Assembly (NCBI GenBank): GCA_002269645.1
Contig: NIVC01003292.1
Span: 42,199-106,198 of the forward strand
Reading direction: 5' to 3'
DNA from: Macrostomum lignano
Taxonomy: Eukaryota
DNA: 64,000 bases
The position numbers and the translations under genes are program-made. Under the pieces are notes generated by a model. It was not told the DNA's origin. It ran no database searches and saw only the letters and a program-made list of their open reading frames with translations. Shown here piece after piece: positions 1-13,542 of this stretch (position 1 is the stretch's first letter; each line of letters begins with the position of its first letter).

Positions 1-334
1 GTCAGTCTGATTGCTATGACTGAATCTCAATAGTCTTGTCAGTTGGAAAATACAACAGGAGATTTGAAATGTCTTTAAAAGCCGATATCGGAGGCTGAAA
101 GGGTGAATAAAAAGAAATAAATATGTTTAATTCTTATCACATATGAAGAAACGTATGTCAAGAGATCTGGTTGACATAGGATTATTATAATATTACTATA
201 TAGTAATGAAATAATGCTAGGCCAGCCTCCCAGATCCTTGGGCTCTCTTCAGCCCCAGGACGCGTCTAAAACCCTTTAAGCAGCACATGTTGCATGTAGT
301 TTTGATCATTCGCTTGATGTATCAAAACCCGCAG

Positions 335-2346
335 AGAATTGTACTACCTGCAGCTGCGCTACAACCTACTGAGCGGGCTCATTCCCTGCTCACTGTCCAG
401 AGCCATCACCTTGGCGGCCTACGGATTTCAAGTAGACTTTGGCGATTGTAGTCAGGCTAATTTATCGTTCGACTATTTGCTGGACTATCGGCACATTTCT
501 AACGATCTGATGCCTGTTAACGACTCCGATTATAAGAACATTGTTGAAGAGATACTTAAACAGTATCAGATGCTTGAGGGCACCGACTGCAAGATGGCGC
601 AGTGCATCTACATTGAATTGATTCAGAAGAATACGCCGCACTTTGGTGTCGCTTATTTTCCTGCTAAGGTAAGTTTGTTCTGTACTAGATAAAAATGGCG
701 GGGGGGGCGTAGCCCAGCGGGCTAGCGCAGGCTCTGGTGTGCCAGCGACCCAGGCTCGATTCCAAGTGCAGTCACATTAATTTGGGGCTGAATTGGAATC
801 TCGGCTTGGCTCTGCTCGTGCAATTAACGGCCTTGAGAGCCAACCCCCCAAGGCGCAGTGAAGTGTACATTCCTAACGATAAAATAAAGTTAGGGCCGCT
901 GTACACTCCTGTGTGAGTGTGTGCCTGTGCGTATGACTGCGTACGTATCCGCGCGCTTGTGTGCCTGCTCAGGGGAGTCGGCGGAATGGGCAGTAATGCC
1001 TCTCGCCGGTTGTGTGTTGATGTCGCTTAAAGTGCGCCAGGGTGCACACAACCCCCCTGCCTCTAATAAAATAAAAAAGATAAAAATGGCGGTTCATTTT
1101 AAACTTACATTTTGAACTCTTCATTAGAATCCCCTAAACTGGGATTTTTAATCCTGTCTCTCAGATCCCATTATATTGGGATTCTTAACCATGTCTCTCA
1201 GATCCCCTTATATTGTGATTCTTAACCCTGTCTCTCAGATCCCATTATATTGGGATTCTTAATCCCTGTCTCTCAGATCCCCTTATATTGTGATTCTTAA
1301 CCCTGTCTCTCAGATCCCCTTATATTGGGATTCCTAACCCTATCTCTCAGATCCCCTTATATTGGGATTCTTAATCCTGTCTCTCAGATCCCATTATATT
1401 GGGATTCTTAATCCTATCTCTCAGATCCCCTTATATTGGGATTCTTAATCCTATCTCCAGATCCCATTATATTGGGATTCTTAATCCTGTCTCTCAGATC
1501 GCATTAGATTTGGATTCTTAATCCTATCTCTCAGATCCCCTTATATTGGGATTCTTAATCCTATCTCTCAGATCCCATTCTTCATCCTCTGAAATCCCAT
1601 TAGATTAGGATTCTTAATCCTGTTTTAGATTAGTTCCTTACAGTAACCGCTTTATGATTTGGGTCCAGTCCAACATTGTTCTCAAATTATCGCTAGAAAC
1701 TGTTAAAATGGTGAAAATCCCATTTATAAAACAACTTTCAGACGCGCAAAGGCCAGGACGTGAAGCTGGGATTGTCTCAACGCGGTGTCCGACTGTTCGG
1801 CAATGCCGACATGGGCGAAGTCGACCTTCGCTGGTCAGACATTGCCAGATTTCAGGCCGCCGGTAGGAACTTCTCCATCGCCAGGAATGGCGGCTCCGGC
1901 GGCAGCAACTTGCAGTTGCGCTTAGACGATCCAAAAACGGCTAAATATGTGCTGCAGTACTGCGCTCAGTTGCACGCCTTCTACATCAACTACTGTGCTA
2001 GGGTTGTGACACCTCCGCAACAGCAGCAGCAGACTGCCGCACCAATAACTCCAACTGGCATTGTAGCCACAGCTGTGCCTGTTGTTGTCACCTCGGCAAC
2101 TGACGATCAGGCCATTGCTACTGCAACCGTAGATAGTACTACGCCAACTAATACCTTCGCTAATAGTAATCATAAGCATAATAGTCAGGCTATGACAGTC
2201 TCTAATGGCAACAATCATAGCGATTATAATACTTCGTCTTGGCAACAACAGCAGCAGCAGCAGCAACAGCAACAGCAGAAGCCGATGCATATACGTTTGC
2301 CATCGTATCGTAAAGCTGCAGACTATGCAGCTTTGATTCGTCAGCG

Positions 2347-2382
<36 letters not shown>

Positions 2383-5300
2383 CGTCGTAGCCACAGCAGA
2401 TCTGGAGCCGCCGCCAAAATATCCGGTGTCGATTGCTGCAGCCAATGCCGCTGTTGCCGCGGCAACCGGAGGCGGCTCAACAACAACGCCAGGGGCCGAT
2501 TTAGATTTGGAATGTCCGGCTAGTAAAACTGTTAGAAACTATCTTCACTCGCTTGAAAGCGACGGACTGTTGTTGGATAAGCCGCAGCCTCCTCAGCAGC
2601 AGCAGAATCTTGCAAATATGCTGCTTTCAAAGCAACAACAACAGCAGCAGCAACAGATTATGACCGAATCTGGTGATTATGATCAGCCGCAATTCTTGAT
2701 TACTCAACAGCATCATCAACAGCCAGCCTTTCCTTTGTCAACTATTAAAGCTGATGATTGTTACGACGAACGGGATTATTATCCTCAGCAGCAGCGGCAT
2801 CATCATCTTTATCAGCATCATATTTATGATAATTTGCCGCAACCGGATCTGCTTCTTGCTAGCGGTGTTGGCGCTCCAATTGGCGTTGGCGCTGTTAATA
2901 AAAATGTCACCTGCAGTACCCCGGATCTGCATCATCTGCTTAGCGTGTTGGATAAGGTAACTTACAAAGGGCCCGCGATAAAAAAATTTAACGTTTTGGA
3001 TCGCTTAGGATGACCTTGACCTAACGGGTCATTTAATGCCACGTTGAATAGGTCATTTAAGATCATCTTGACACCTTGATCTAGTCGGTCATTTAAGATT
3101 GCATTGATCTAGCGTGTCATTTAAGGTCAATTTGGTAATTTAAGTCGCAATGATCTATGGGTCATTGAAGGTCACATTGATTTATGGGGTCATTGAAGGT
3201 CACATTGATCTAGCGTGTCATTTAAGGTCAATTTGGTAATTTAAAGTCGCAATGATCTATGGGGTCATTGAAGGTCACATTGATCTAGTGGATCATTGAA
3301 GGTCACATTAATCTATTGGGTCATTGAAAGTCACATTGATCTAGTGGATCATTGAAGGTCACATTGATCTAGTGGGTCATTGAAGGTCACATTGATCTAG
3401 TGTGTCATTGAAGGTTACAGTGATCTAGTAAGTCACATAAAAAATTAAATTCATCTAGTAAGTCATTTAAGGTCGCATTGGTCTAATTGGTCATTTATGC
3501 TCGCAATAATCTAGTGTAGTGGGTCATTTAAGGTCAAATTGATATAGTGGGTCATTGAAGGTCACCTTGATCTGTCGGGTCAACTGACGTCACTTTGTGC
3601 TTCTGGTCATCAGAGATCAACATCCTCTTAGTGTATTGGGTCATTTGATGTCACTGATCTAGATAGGGGTCAAGGTCACAGTAGGCTATTTTAATGTTAA
3701 ATGACGTCACCTTATAAGCAACTCCCCCCCCCGATTCCCAGGGCGAGACCCAGCTGGCTCATCGTCTGGTCCGCGACTTCCAGCAGACCTCGGCAGCAGC
3801 CGCTGCGGCCGCCAACGCCTCGTCGTCAACTGGCGTTGCCGTGCCAACCAGCCTCAGTCATCATCACAGCACGCCGAATCTGCACAGCCCAACATCCGCT
3901 CCAATCAATGCTAAACTGCCCCTGATAGCGGTGGAGGCTGCCGCTGTTAGAGAGCCGCCAGCTCCGGCCTACTCAGCCAGCCGTTGCTACGAGAATCTGA
4001 GACCTCGACCGTCGTCAAATCGACTACCGGCTAAGCCGCCAGCCGCTCTGGCTTTGACCAGTTCGAATAGTTTGAATAATGGCCGGCAGCAGTTGAATGA
4101 CTCTGCTGGCTATAAAACTCTTCACCAAGCTCAGCCGATCCCTGCGTCGCGTTCCCGCTCCTTGTCTTGCTCGTCAGAATCTTCTGCCTCATCATCGAGC
4201 TCTTCATCTTCCTCTGCATCGTCGGCTGTGATTGACATCGCCTCCGCTGCCGCCATTGAAGCTGACGCCGCTGAAGGCTCCATCGGTACGGAATCCTTTC
4301 AAAGCGACGATGTACACGAACAGCAGCAGTATCTGGACGAGTTGGACAATGATATTGCTGTCCAGGGTGGCGGAGGATATTCAAGAACTTCATCATCTGA
4401 TGGGGCTTGTTCGGTTGGCGAGGTGCCCGTTAATAGCTCTGTGAGTGGCAGGTTTTTGGCTGGGTTCAATAACTATTGCTTGATCCATGTCAATTCGTGT
4501 CATCTTATTTTGAATCTATGTCATGAAAACTTCAAATTATCCCAGTTTTTAATCCAATTAATCCCCATCATCAGATCCCAACTTCCCATCATTATCAGAT
4601 TCCAATTCCCATCATCAAATCCCAACTTCCCATCATTATCAAATCCCAAATCCCCATCATCATCAGATCCAAATTCCCATCATCATTAGATCCCAAATCC
4701 CCATCATTATCAGATCCCCAATCCCCAACATCAAATCCCCAATATCCATCACCAGATCCCGAATCCCTATCACCAGATCCCTAATCACCATCACCAGATC
4801 CCTAATCCCCATCATCGGATCCCGAATCCCCATCATCGGATCCCGGATCCTCATCACCAGATCCCGAATCCCCATCATCGGGGATCCCAAACCCCATCAA
4901 CGGATCCCGAATCCCCATCATCGGGGATCCCAAACCCCATCATCGGATCCCGAGTCCTCATCATCGGATCCCGGATCCCATCATCGGATCCTGAATTCGC
5001 TCCACCTGTTTAGTTCTCAAAAATTTCTCATTTGTTTTATCCACAATATAATCGCCACTCTTTTCTTGACAGCTCAACGTGAAACCATCTCTGACCGTGA
5101 GCACAGCCAATCTGCTCTGGGAACAAAGCGAACTGTCAATCAACTATATGCCTCGAGACGAAAGGGTATGCTAATTGCATTTTTAACCTATTATATTGCT
5201 AAAGTTTTTAATTTTTCTAAAGCTATAAAATTATTGTATTTAAATCACTAATCCGAATCAGCCCTAATCCCAATTTTTACCGTCCTTAATCCCAAATCCC

Positions 5301-8251
5301 TATCATTGCAGTCCTTAATCCCAAATCTCAATCATTCCAATCCCTTAATCCCAAATCTCAATCATTCCAGTCCCTTAATCCCAAATCCCCATCATTGCAA
5401 CCCTTAATCCCAAATCCTGATTATTACAGTCATTGATCTCAAATCCTGATTATTACAGTCATTGATCCCAAATCCTGATTATTACAGTCATTAATCCCAA
5501 ATCCCAATCATCCCAGTCCCTAATCCCAAATCCCTATTATTCCAGTCCCTAATCCCAAATCCCTATCATTCCAGTCCCTAATCCCAAATCCCTATCATTC
5601 CAATCCTTAATCATAAATCCCTATTATTCCAGTCCCTAATCCCAAATCCCTATCACTCCAGTCCCTAATCCCAAATCCCTATCATTCCAATCCTTAATCA
5701 TAAATCCCTATCATTCCAATACTTAATCCCAAATCCCAATCGTTGCAGTCCTTAATCCCAAATCCCAATAACCGAATTCTCAATCCTTATGTTCTATCCG
5801 TAATCCCTAGTTTAAATCCCCAATTAAAAATCCCGCAGCGCCAGCAGCTGGAGGAGCACCGATCAACCGTAGACTTGGCTGCAGAATTCCACCAGATCGA
5901 GACCCGCTCCAGCCGAGCCCAATGCCTGGTTGCTAAGCGACCACACAACGCCGTTCGCAACCGTTGCCAAGACGCTGTACCGTACGATCACAACCGGTTC
6001 GCGCTGTCAGGCACTGCCGATAACCCGGATGGTTACTACAACGCTTCCCAGGTGGAAGTGGCCTCCAACATTATCGGAGCGGATGCGCCATTATTCATAG
6101 CCGCCGAATCGCCGCGTCAGGATACGCGCGCCGATTTCTGGCGCCTAGCCTGGGAATCCGGCGCCAGAATCGTGGCCCAACTGTGCGGCCAAAGTGAAAC
6201 CGCTCGCTATCATCCCGGCATTGAGAAGCCGACGCCTGGCGAAAAGCTGATCTGCGATGGAGCCTACGAAGTTCAATTAGTGAATTGCACTACATCTCCG
6301 GACACGGACTATTCTATTGCCACTCTGGCGGTTAGGGAGCTGGCCACTGGTCGGGCCCGAACCATCTGGCTGTTTGTCTATCCGATTTGGACGCCTTGCC
6401 TGGTGCCGGCCAGCGCTTCACAGTTTCTTAGTGAGTTTCCCAGTGATGGGAATTCTCCCTTGAGATTCCGATATCAATGATGGGAATTCTCCCTTGAGAT
6501 TCCGATATCAATGATGGAATTCTTTCTTGAGATTCCGATATCAATGATGGAAATTCTCCCTTGAGATTCCGATATCAATGATGGGAATTCTCCCTTGAGA
6601 TTCCGATATCAATGATGGGAATTCTCCCTTGAGATTCCGATATCAATGATGGGAATTCCCCGCTTGAGATTCCGCTATCAATGTTGGGAACTCCCTTCTT
6701 GAGATTCCTTTATCAATCAATGATGGGAATTCCACACTTGAGATTCCACTATCAATGATGGAAATTCCACACTTGAGATTATGCTATCAATGATGGTAAT
6801 TCCACACTTGAGATTCCTCTATCAATGTTGGGAATTCCGTTCTTAAAATTCCTCTATCAATTATGGGAATTCCACACTTGAGATTCCTCTATTAATGATG
6901 GGAATTCCACACTTGAGATTCCTCTATTAATTATGGGAATTCCACACTTGAGATTCCTCTATTAATTATGGGAATTCCACACTTGAGATTCCACTATCAA
7001 TGATGGAAATTCCACACTTGAGATTATGCTATCAATGATGGCAATTCCACACTTGAGATTCCACTGTCAATGATGGGAATTCCACACTTGAGATTCCACT
7101 ATTAATTATGGGAATTCCACACTTGAGATTCCACTGTCAATGATGGGAATTCCACACTTGAGATTCCACTATTAATTATGGGAATTCCACACTTGAGATT
7201 CCACTGTCAATGATGGGAATTCCACACTTGAGATTCCTCTATCAATGATGGGAATTCCACACTTGAGATTCCTCTATCAAAGATGGGAATTCCACACTTG
7301 AGATTCCTCTATTAATGATGGGAATTCCACACTTGAGATTCCACTGTCAATGATGGGAATTCCACACTTGAGATTCCTCTATTAATGATGGGAATTCCAC
7401 ACTTGAGATTCCACTATTAATTATGGGAATTCCACACTTGAGATTCCACTGTCAATGATGGGAATTCCACACTTGAGATTCCTCTATCAATGATGGGAAT
7501 TCCACACTTGAGATTCCTCTATCAATGATGGGAATTCCACACTTGAGATTCCTCTATCAATGATGGGAATTCCACACTTGAGATTCCTCTATCAATTATG
7601 GAAATTCCACACTTGAGATTCCTCTATCAATGATGGGAATTCTCCACTTGAGATTTCGCTATTAATGATGAGAATTCCCTGTGCTTATTCCGCTATAAAT
7701 CATGGGAATTCCCTTTTGAGATTCTGCTATCAATGACGGGAATTTTCCCTTTAAATCCCGCTATCAATGATGGGAATTCCCCGTTGAGATCTGGCTAGTA
7801 ATATGGGAATTCCCCCTTAATAGTAATTATGGGAATCCTCGCTCTGAGATTTTGCTATCGATGATGGGAATTTGTAGAAATTCTCTCTGCGAGTTGGATA
7901 GGAATTCGATTTCCCTCATGAGATCGCGATAAATCGGTAACTAAAATTCCACTTTTTCTATTTGCAGTGTTCCTCGACGAGGTGGACTCGCTCCGCCGCC
8001 TACTCCAATCCGAGGACTCCGGCAGTCGGCAGACGGTGCTGCTGCACTGCCCAGACGGTTCAGGACGCACAGGCCTGGCCATCTGTCTGCTGGTGTACAA
8101 GGCCTGTCTGCAGCACAACCAGTCCGTCAGTCTGTCAACCGTGCTCTGCTCGTTGCGCGGCCAGCGAATGAGTCTGGTGCAATCCTTGCAACAATACGAG
8201 TTCGTCTACGACGCCCTGATTCGCTCGTTGGATTCTACGCGACTTATTTAA
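335..8251 (+). CDS. PTPN14: FERM-domain protein tyrosine phosphatase of the PTPN14/PTPN21 (Pez) family, 5'-partial; exons 335-668, 1742-2956, 3742-4440, 5073-5165, 5839-6430, 7968-8251
   Basis: FERM B/C-lobe sequence (YYLQLRYNLLSG...AAYGFQVDFGD...FGVAYFPAK; VKLGLSQRGV). The Q/P/S-rich linker has Pez-family motifs LPSYRKAADY (cf. PSYRPTPDY), a PPxY (PPPKY) and STPDL/STPNL. The PTP domain has RNRCQDAVPYD, HCPDGSGRTG and VQSLQQYEF. All five introns are GT-AG with matching phases (0,0,0,0,1). Confidence 0.85.
702..1077 (+). mobile_element. tRNA-derived SINE, full-length, with 15-bp TSD, in intron of the PTP gene
   Basis: tRNA-like head with A-box-like TAGCCCAGCGG (710-720) and B-box GGCTCGATTCC (753-763), and an A-rich tail (AATAAAATAAAAA). 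Flanked by the direct repeat AGATAAAAATGGCGG at 687-701 and 1078-1092. A close homolog lies at 51901-52295. Confidence 0.85.
1135..1630. repeat. 37-bp minisatellite (ATCCTGTCTCTCAGATCCCCTTATATTGGGATTCTTA) in PTP intron
   Basis: About 13 visible tandem units with a 37-bp period. Confidence 0.9.
3010..3700. repeat. 28-bp minisatellite (TGATCTAGTGGGTCATTGAAGGTCACAT) in PTP intron
   Basis: Degenerate tandem units visible directly. Confidence 0.85.
4555..4992. repeat. ~21-bp minisatellite (GATCCCGAATCCCCATCATCG-like) in PTP intron
   Basis: Tandem units visible; they account for spurious ORF 4663..4890. Confidence 0.85.
5255..5830. repeat. 29-bp minisatellite (CCCTAATCCCAAATCCCTATCATTCCAGT) in PTP intron
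   Basis: Tandem units visible directly. Confidence 0.85.
6440..7860. repeat. 35-bp minisatellite (ATCAATGATGGGAATTCCACACTTGAGATTCCTCT) in last PTP intron
   Basis: About 40 units, starting about 10 nt after the GTGAGT donor at 6431. Confidence 0.92.
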
Positions 8252-9136
8252 ACATTTCCTTTATTTAAAACTACTGTTTGATAGTTGCGTAATCAGTAGT
8301 ATCAAAAGAATGTATCGTTGCCTTAATAAGTATGCCATTGATTGTCACTTTAATCCGCTTTAGTCTTTCTCTTATTGTTGTCGGTTTCACTTTATTATAA
8401 CAATTTTTATTGCTCGTTTGTTTGTTTGTTTATTCTGTCACTGACAATCTGGCTGGACCAAATTTGAGATGCGTTTTATTTAAACTTGTCACGCAAAGAT
8501 GTTTTTCGATACATATCGGTTAGTCTACAAAAATTTTAAAAATATTGTAGCGCCTTCGCTCAGTAATATATCAAAGCTATTTTTTATTAATTATTAATAA
8601 TCTGTTCTATTTTTTACTTAGCGATCTCGAACCTATCTGTACCATCTCATTCGCTCTCTATAAATATCCCTTCAATATATATTATTTATAACAAATTTTA
8701 TATATCATTAAGTCCCCCCGTCACTCACTTTTGCTATTTGAAATTGGCATTTATGAATGCGTATCATTGTATGCTGTAAAATTTCTAATTTAGATAGTTT
8801 CAGTTGGGTTGCCCATATGCAATTGTGCAGATACTGACAGTAAGTAGACTATATAAGTAGTGTATTAGAATATTGTCGTTAAAATTTGTTATATTCGTTT
8901 ATTATTCTCTACTAACAAGCCGCTGCTAGTACTTAAATTTTTTAATGCGGCTCTTTATTTGCCTTCTCTTGTCACTGTTGCTCCCTTTTACTTACTGTTT
9001 TTTCTTTGAATGCGGTGGCTTTTCCTTGCTTAAAACAGTTAAGTTGTCCTCAATTTAGGACAAGTCTCCCTTGTCAAACAGATTTGTTTCTTTAATATCT
9101 TTCTGTCTGCCTCTTTCTAAAGCACCGTTTCTTTTG

Positions 9137-11200
9137 TGGCGCCTCCCCTGACTCACCTGAGGTGCCTCCCCTGACTCACCTGAGGCGCCTCCCCTGATTC
9201 ACCTGTGGCGCCTCCCCTGACTCACCTGAGGCGCCTCCCCTGACTCACCTGAGGCGCCTCCCCTGACTCACCTGAGGCGCCTCCCCTGGCTCACCTGAGG
9301 CGCCTCCCCTGACTCACCTGGGGCGCCTCCCCTGACTCACCTGAGGTGCCTCCCATGACTCACCTGAGGTGCCTCCCCTGACTCACCTGTGGCGCCTCCC
9401 CTGACTCACATTTTGCGCCTCCTTTGACTCACCTGTGGCGCCTCCCCTGACTCACCTCTGGCGCCTCCCCTTGACTCACCTGTGGCGCTTCCCCTGACTC
9501 ACCTGAGGCGCCTCCCCTGACTCACCTGAGGCGCCTCCCCTGACTCACCTGTGGCGCCTCCCCTGACTCACCTGTGGCGCCTCCCCTGACTCACATTTTG
9601 CGCCTCCTTTGACTCACCTGTGGCGCCTCCCCTGACTCACCTCTGGCGCCTCCCCTTGACTCACCTGTGGCGCCTCCCCTGACTCACCTGTGGCGCCTCC
9701 CCTGACTTACCTGAGGCGCCTCCCCTGACTCACCTGAGGCGCCTCCCCTGACTCACCTGAGGCGCCTCCCCTGACTCACCTGGGGCGCCTCCCCTGACTC
9801 ACCTGAGGTGCCTCCCATGACTCACCTGGGGCGCCTCCCCTGACTCACCTGAGGTGCCTCCCATGACTCACCTGAGGTGCCTCCCCTGACTCACCTGTGG
9901 CGCCTCCCCTGACTCACATTTTGCGCCTCCTTTGACTCACCTGTGGCGCTTCCCCTGACTCACCTGAGGCGCCTCCCCTGACTCACCTGAGGCGCCTCCC
10001 CTGACTCACCTGTGGCGCCTCCCCTGACTCACCTGAGGCGCCTCCCCTGATTCACCTGTGGCGCCTCCCCTGACTCACCTGTGGCGCCTCCCCTGACTTA
10101 CCTGAGGCGCCTCCCCTGACTCACCTGAGGCGCCTCCCCTGACTCACCTGAGGCGCCTCCCCTGACTCACCTGAGGCGCCTCCCCTGACTCACCTGAGGC
10201 GCCTCCCCTGACTCACCTGGGGCGCCTCCCCTGACTCACCTGAGGCGCCTCCCCTGACTCACCTGGGGCGCCTCCCCTGACTCACCTGAGGTGCCTCCCA
10301 TGACTCACCTGAGGTGCCTCCCCTGACTCACCTGTGGCGCCTCCCCTGACTCACATTTTGCGCCTCCTTTGACTCACCTGTGGCGCCTCCCCTGACTCAC
10401 CTCTGGCGCCTCCCCTTGACTCACCTGTGGCGCTTCCCCTGACTCACCTGAGGCGCCTCCCCTGACTCACCTGAGGCGCCTCCCCTGACTCACCTGTGGC
10501 GCCTCCCCTGACTCACCTGTGGCGCCTCCCCTGACTCACATTTTGCGCCTCCTTTGACTCACCTGTGGCGCCTCCCCTGACTCACCTCTGGCGCCTCCCC
10601 TTGACTCACCTGTGGCGCTTCCCCTGACTCACCTGAGGCGCCTCCCCTGACTCACCTGAGGCGCCTCCCCTGACTCACCTGTGGCGCCTCCCCTGACTCA
10701 CCTGTGGCGCCTCCCCTGACTCACATTTTGCGCCTCCTTTGACTCACCTGTGGCGCCTCCCCTGACTCACCTCTGGCGCCTCCCCTTGACTCACCTGTGG
10801 CGCCTCCCCTGACTCACCTGTGGCGCCTCCCCTGACTTACCTGAGGCGCCTCCCCTGACTCACCTGAGGCGCCTCCCCTGACTCACCTGAGGCGCCTCCC
10901 CTGACTCACCTGGGGCGCCTCCCCTGACTCACCTGAGGTGCCTCCCATGACTCACCTGAGGTGCCTCCCCTGACTCACCTGTGGCGCCTCCCCTGACTCA
11001 CATTTTGCGCCTCCTTTGACTCACCTGTGGCGCCTCCCCTGACTCACCTCTGGCGCCTCCCCTTGACTCACCTGTGGCGCTTCCCCTGACTCACCTGAGG
11101 CGCCTCCCCTGACTCACCTGAGGCGCCTCCCCTGACTCACCTGTGGCGCCTCCCCTGACTCACATTTTGCGCCTCCCTTGACTCACCTGTGGCGCCTCCC
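9137..11200. repeat. 23-bp GC-rich minisatellite (GGCGCCTCCCCTGACTCACCTGA) with a 185-bp higher-order period
   Basis: About 89 units. The variant TCACATTTTG recurs at 9406/9591 and 10351/10536/10721 (185-bp spacing). Confidence 0.95.
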
Positions 11201-11859
11201 TGAGCGTCTAATCCCATTTTAACCTCTGAGCTCCCACCAAAAGGTATCTATGTATTCTAAACTGGGTTTCAATAATCCAAAAGCTATCCTAGTTGTCTTT
11301 TAGTTTTCCCTACTTGACTCCTCAAGCTGTCTATCAGACTGAAAGTTTTAATTGGTTAAGAAGCTTCTTCTTTAATCAATCATCACAAAAACTTGTTCTA
11401 TTGCTCTGCAATTTGAAAACTATTTCTCACCTCTATAAGAATCTGCGCGTTTTATTTTTTAATTTTAACTGCGGAGTTCGCCTGTAAATGACATGTGTTT
11501 TGCTAAGTGTACCACTTTGAAAACTGTGTTCCCTTTTATGTACTCGATGTATTGTTTATTATTCAATAAAATTTATTCGCTTTAATTCTAATGGAGACTG
11601 TATTATACAGCACATATTAAATAGAGGCTCTCTTACTATTGCAATCTACTTGTGAACATGAAAATGCTTTTCAAATATTGCTTTTCAGTCTTTCTTCTAA
11701 CGGCTTCTCGATCGGAACATGGCATGATCCCATTTCATGACGTATTTATGACCGCTTTAATACATCCATGACCAATTTGGGGGGGGGGGGGCGGGCACGT
11801 CACCACTTCAATTTTAACCGTTTTGCCAAATCGATGACCACTTCGGTGCACATAAGTGA

Positions 11860-12875
11860 TAAATTTGAGACACATGAATGACCACTTTAAGACACATGTA
11901 TGACCACTTTAAGACACATGAATGACCACTTTAAGACAAGTATGACCACTTAGAAACACAAGTATGACCACTTTGGGACACATAAATGACCACTTTGAGA
12001 CACATGAATGACCACTTTACGACGGATTAATGACCACTTTAGGACGCATTAATGACCACTTTAGGACACATTAATGACCACTTTAGGACACATTAATGAC
12101 CACTTTAGGACACGTGAATGACCACTTTAAGACACGTGAATGACCACTTTAAGACACGCGAATGAACACTTTAAGACACATGCATGACCGCTTTAAGACA
12201 CATTAATGACCACTTTTAGACAAGTATGACCACTTAAAAACACAAGTGTGACCACTTTGGGACACAAATGACCACTTTGAGACACATGAATGACCACTTT
12301 ACGACGGATTAATGACCACTTTAGGACGCATTAATGACCACTTTAGGACACATTAATGACCACTTTAGAACACGTGAATGACCACTTTAAGACACGTGAA
12401 TGAACACTTTAAGACACGCGAATGAACACTTTAAGACACATGCATGACCGCTTTAAGACACATTAATGACTACTTTTAGACAAGTATGACCACTTAAAAC
12501 ACAAGTATGACCACTTTGGGACACAAATGACCACTTTGAGACACATGAATGACCACTTTACGACGGATTAAAATGACCACTTTAGGACGCATTAATGACC
12601 ACTTTAGGACAGATTAATGACCACTTTAGGACACATTAATGACCACTTTAGGACACGTGAATGACCACTTTAAGACACGTGAATGACCACTTTAGGACAC
12701 ATTAATGACCACTTTAGGACACGTGAATGACCACTTTAAGACACATGAATGACCACTTTAAGACACGCGAATGAACACTTTAAGACACATGCATGCCCGC
12801 TTTAAGACACATTAATGACCACTTTTAGACACATTAATGACCACTTCAGTACACATTAATGACCACTTTAAGACA
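11860..12875. repeat. 22-bp minisatellite (ATGACCACTTTAGGACACATTA)
   Basis: About 45 degenerate tandem units. Confidence 0.9.
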
Positions 12876-13542
12876 CAATAATAACGTCCTAACACGTAAG
12901 TCGCACAAATGACTTTCGGACATGAGTGACTTTTCGGTCATGAGTCACATGTACTATTTACAGATACATAAATTAAAGTCCTTACTTGGCATTTGACTCA
13001 ATGCTCAATCCTATGCAGGACACATTGGCGGCTAATGCAGCTATAGATGATAATTTAACGGCCGCAGGAAAGGAAGTTTATTTTGCCAGTCGGACGGACA
13101 ATGGGATCTGGCAAAGTGTACATATCCATCCACCGCAGGGCAATTGTTTTGTTTTGTAAGTCTCGTTGTTAGGCACCCAATATAGTTCACTCCTTTCTAC
13201 CTCCCCCACCTCTCCCTCTCATGGCCTTCAATTGTATCAGTTATTCTGCAAGAGGCACATACATGTACATTTTATGTGTGCATTTTTGTGTCTGAACCTC
13301 CAATTAGGTTGGAAAGGATAGAATTCCTATTAGGGCTGCTTTTGAGTTGAGTTGAAAATGCCCTATAACAACTAGTAGGTACGATCGGTCATCCATGGCG
13401 CCTTACCTGCCAGTCCTTGCCACCCAGTCCTCAAATCGATGATCATTAAAACGCATAAAAGCAAACAGTTTTGCAGATTAGTTTTAAAGGCTGCAATATC
13501 ATCATTTTATTGAAAAGCAATACATATGCAAAGCCGCTCAAA

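Noticed and set aside
702-775. Possible tRNA gene
   Set aside because: It has A/B boxes but no complete cloverleaf, and it continues into a SINE body with a tail and TSD.
702-1077. Possible HDV-like or hammerhead ribozyme in the SINE (GGCGGAATGGGCA resembles an HDV 3' end)
   Set aside because: I could not assemble the P1/P3/P1.1 pseudoknot or a CUGANGA/GAAA core by eye; an Infernal or RNArobo search is needed before any claim.
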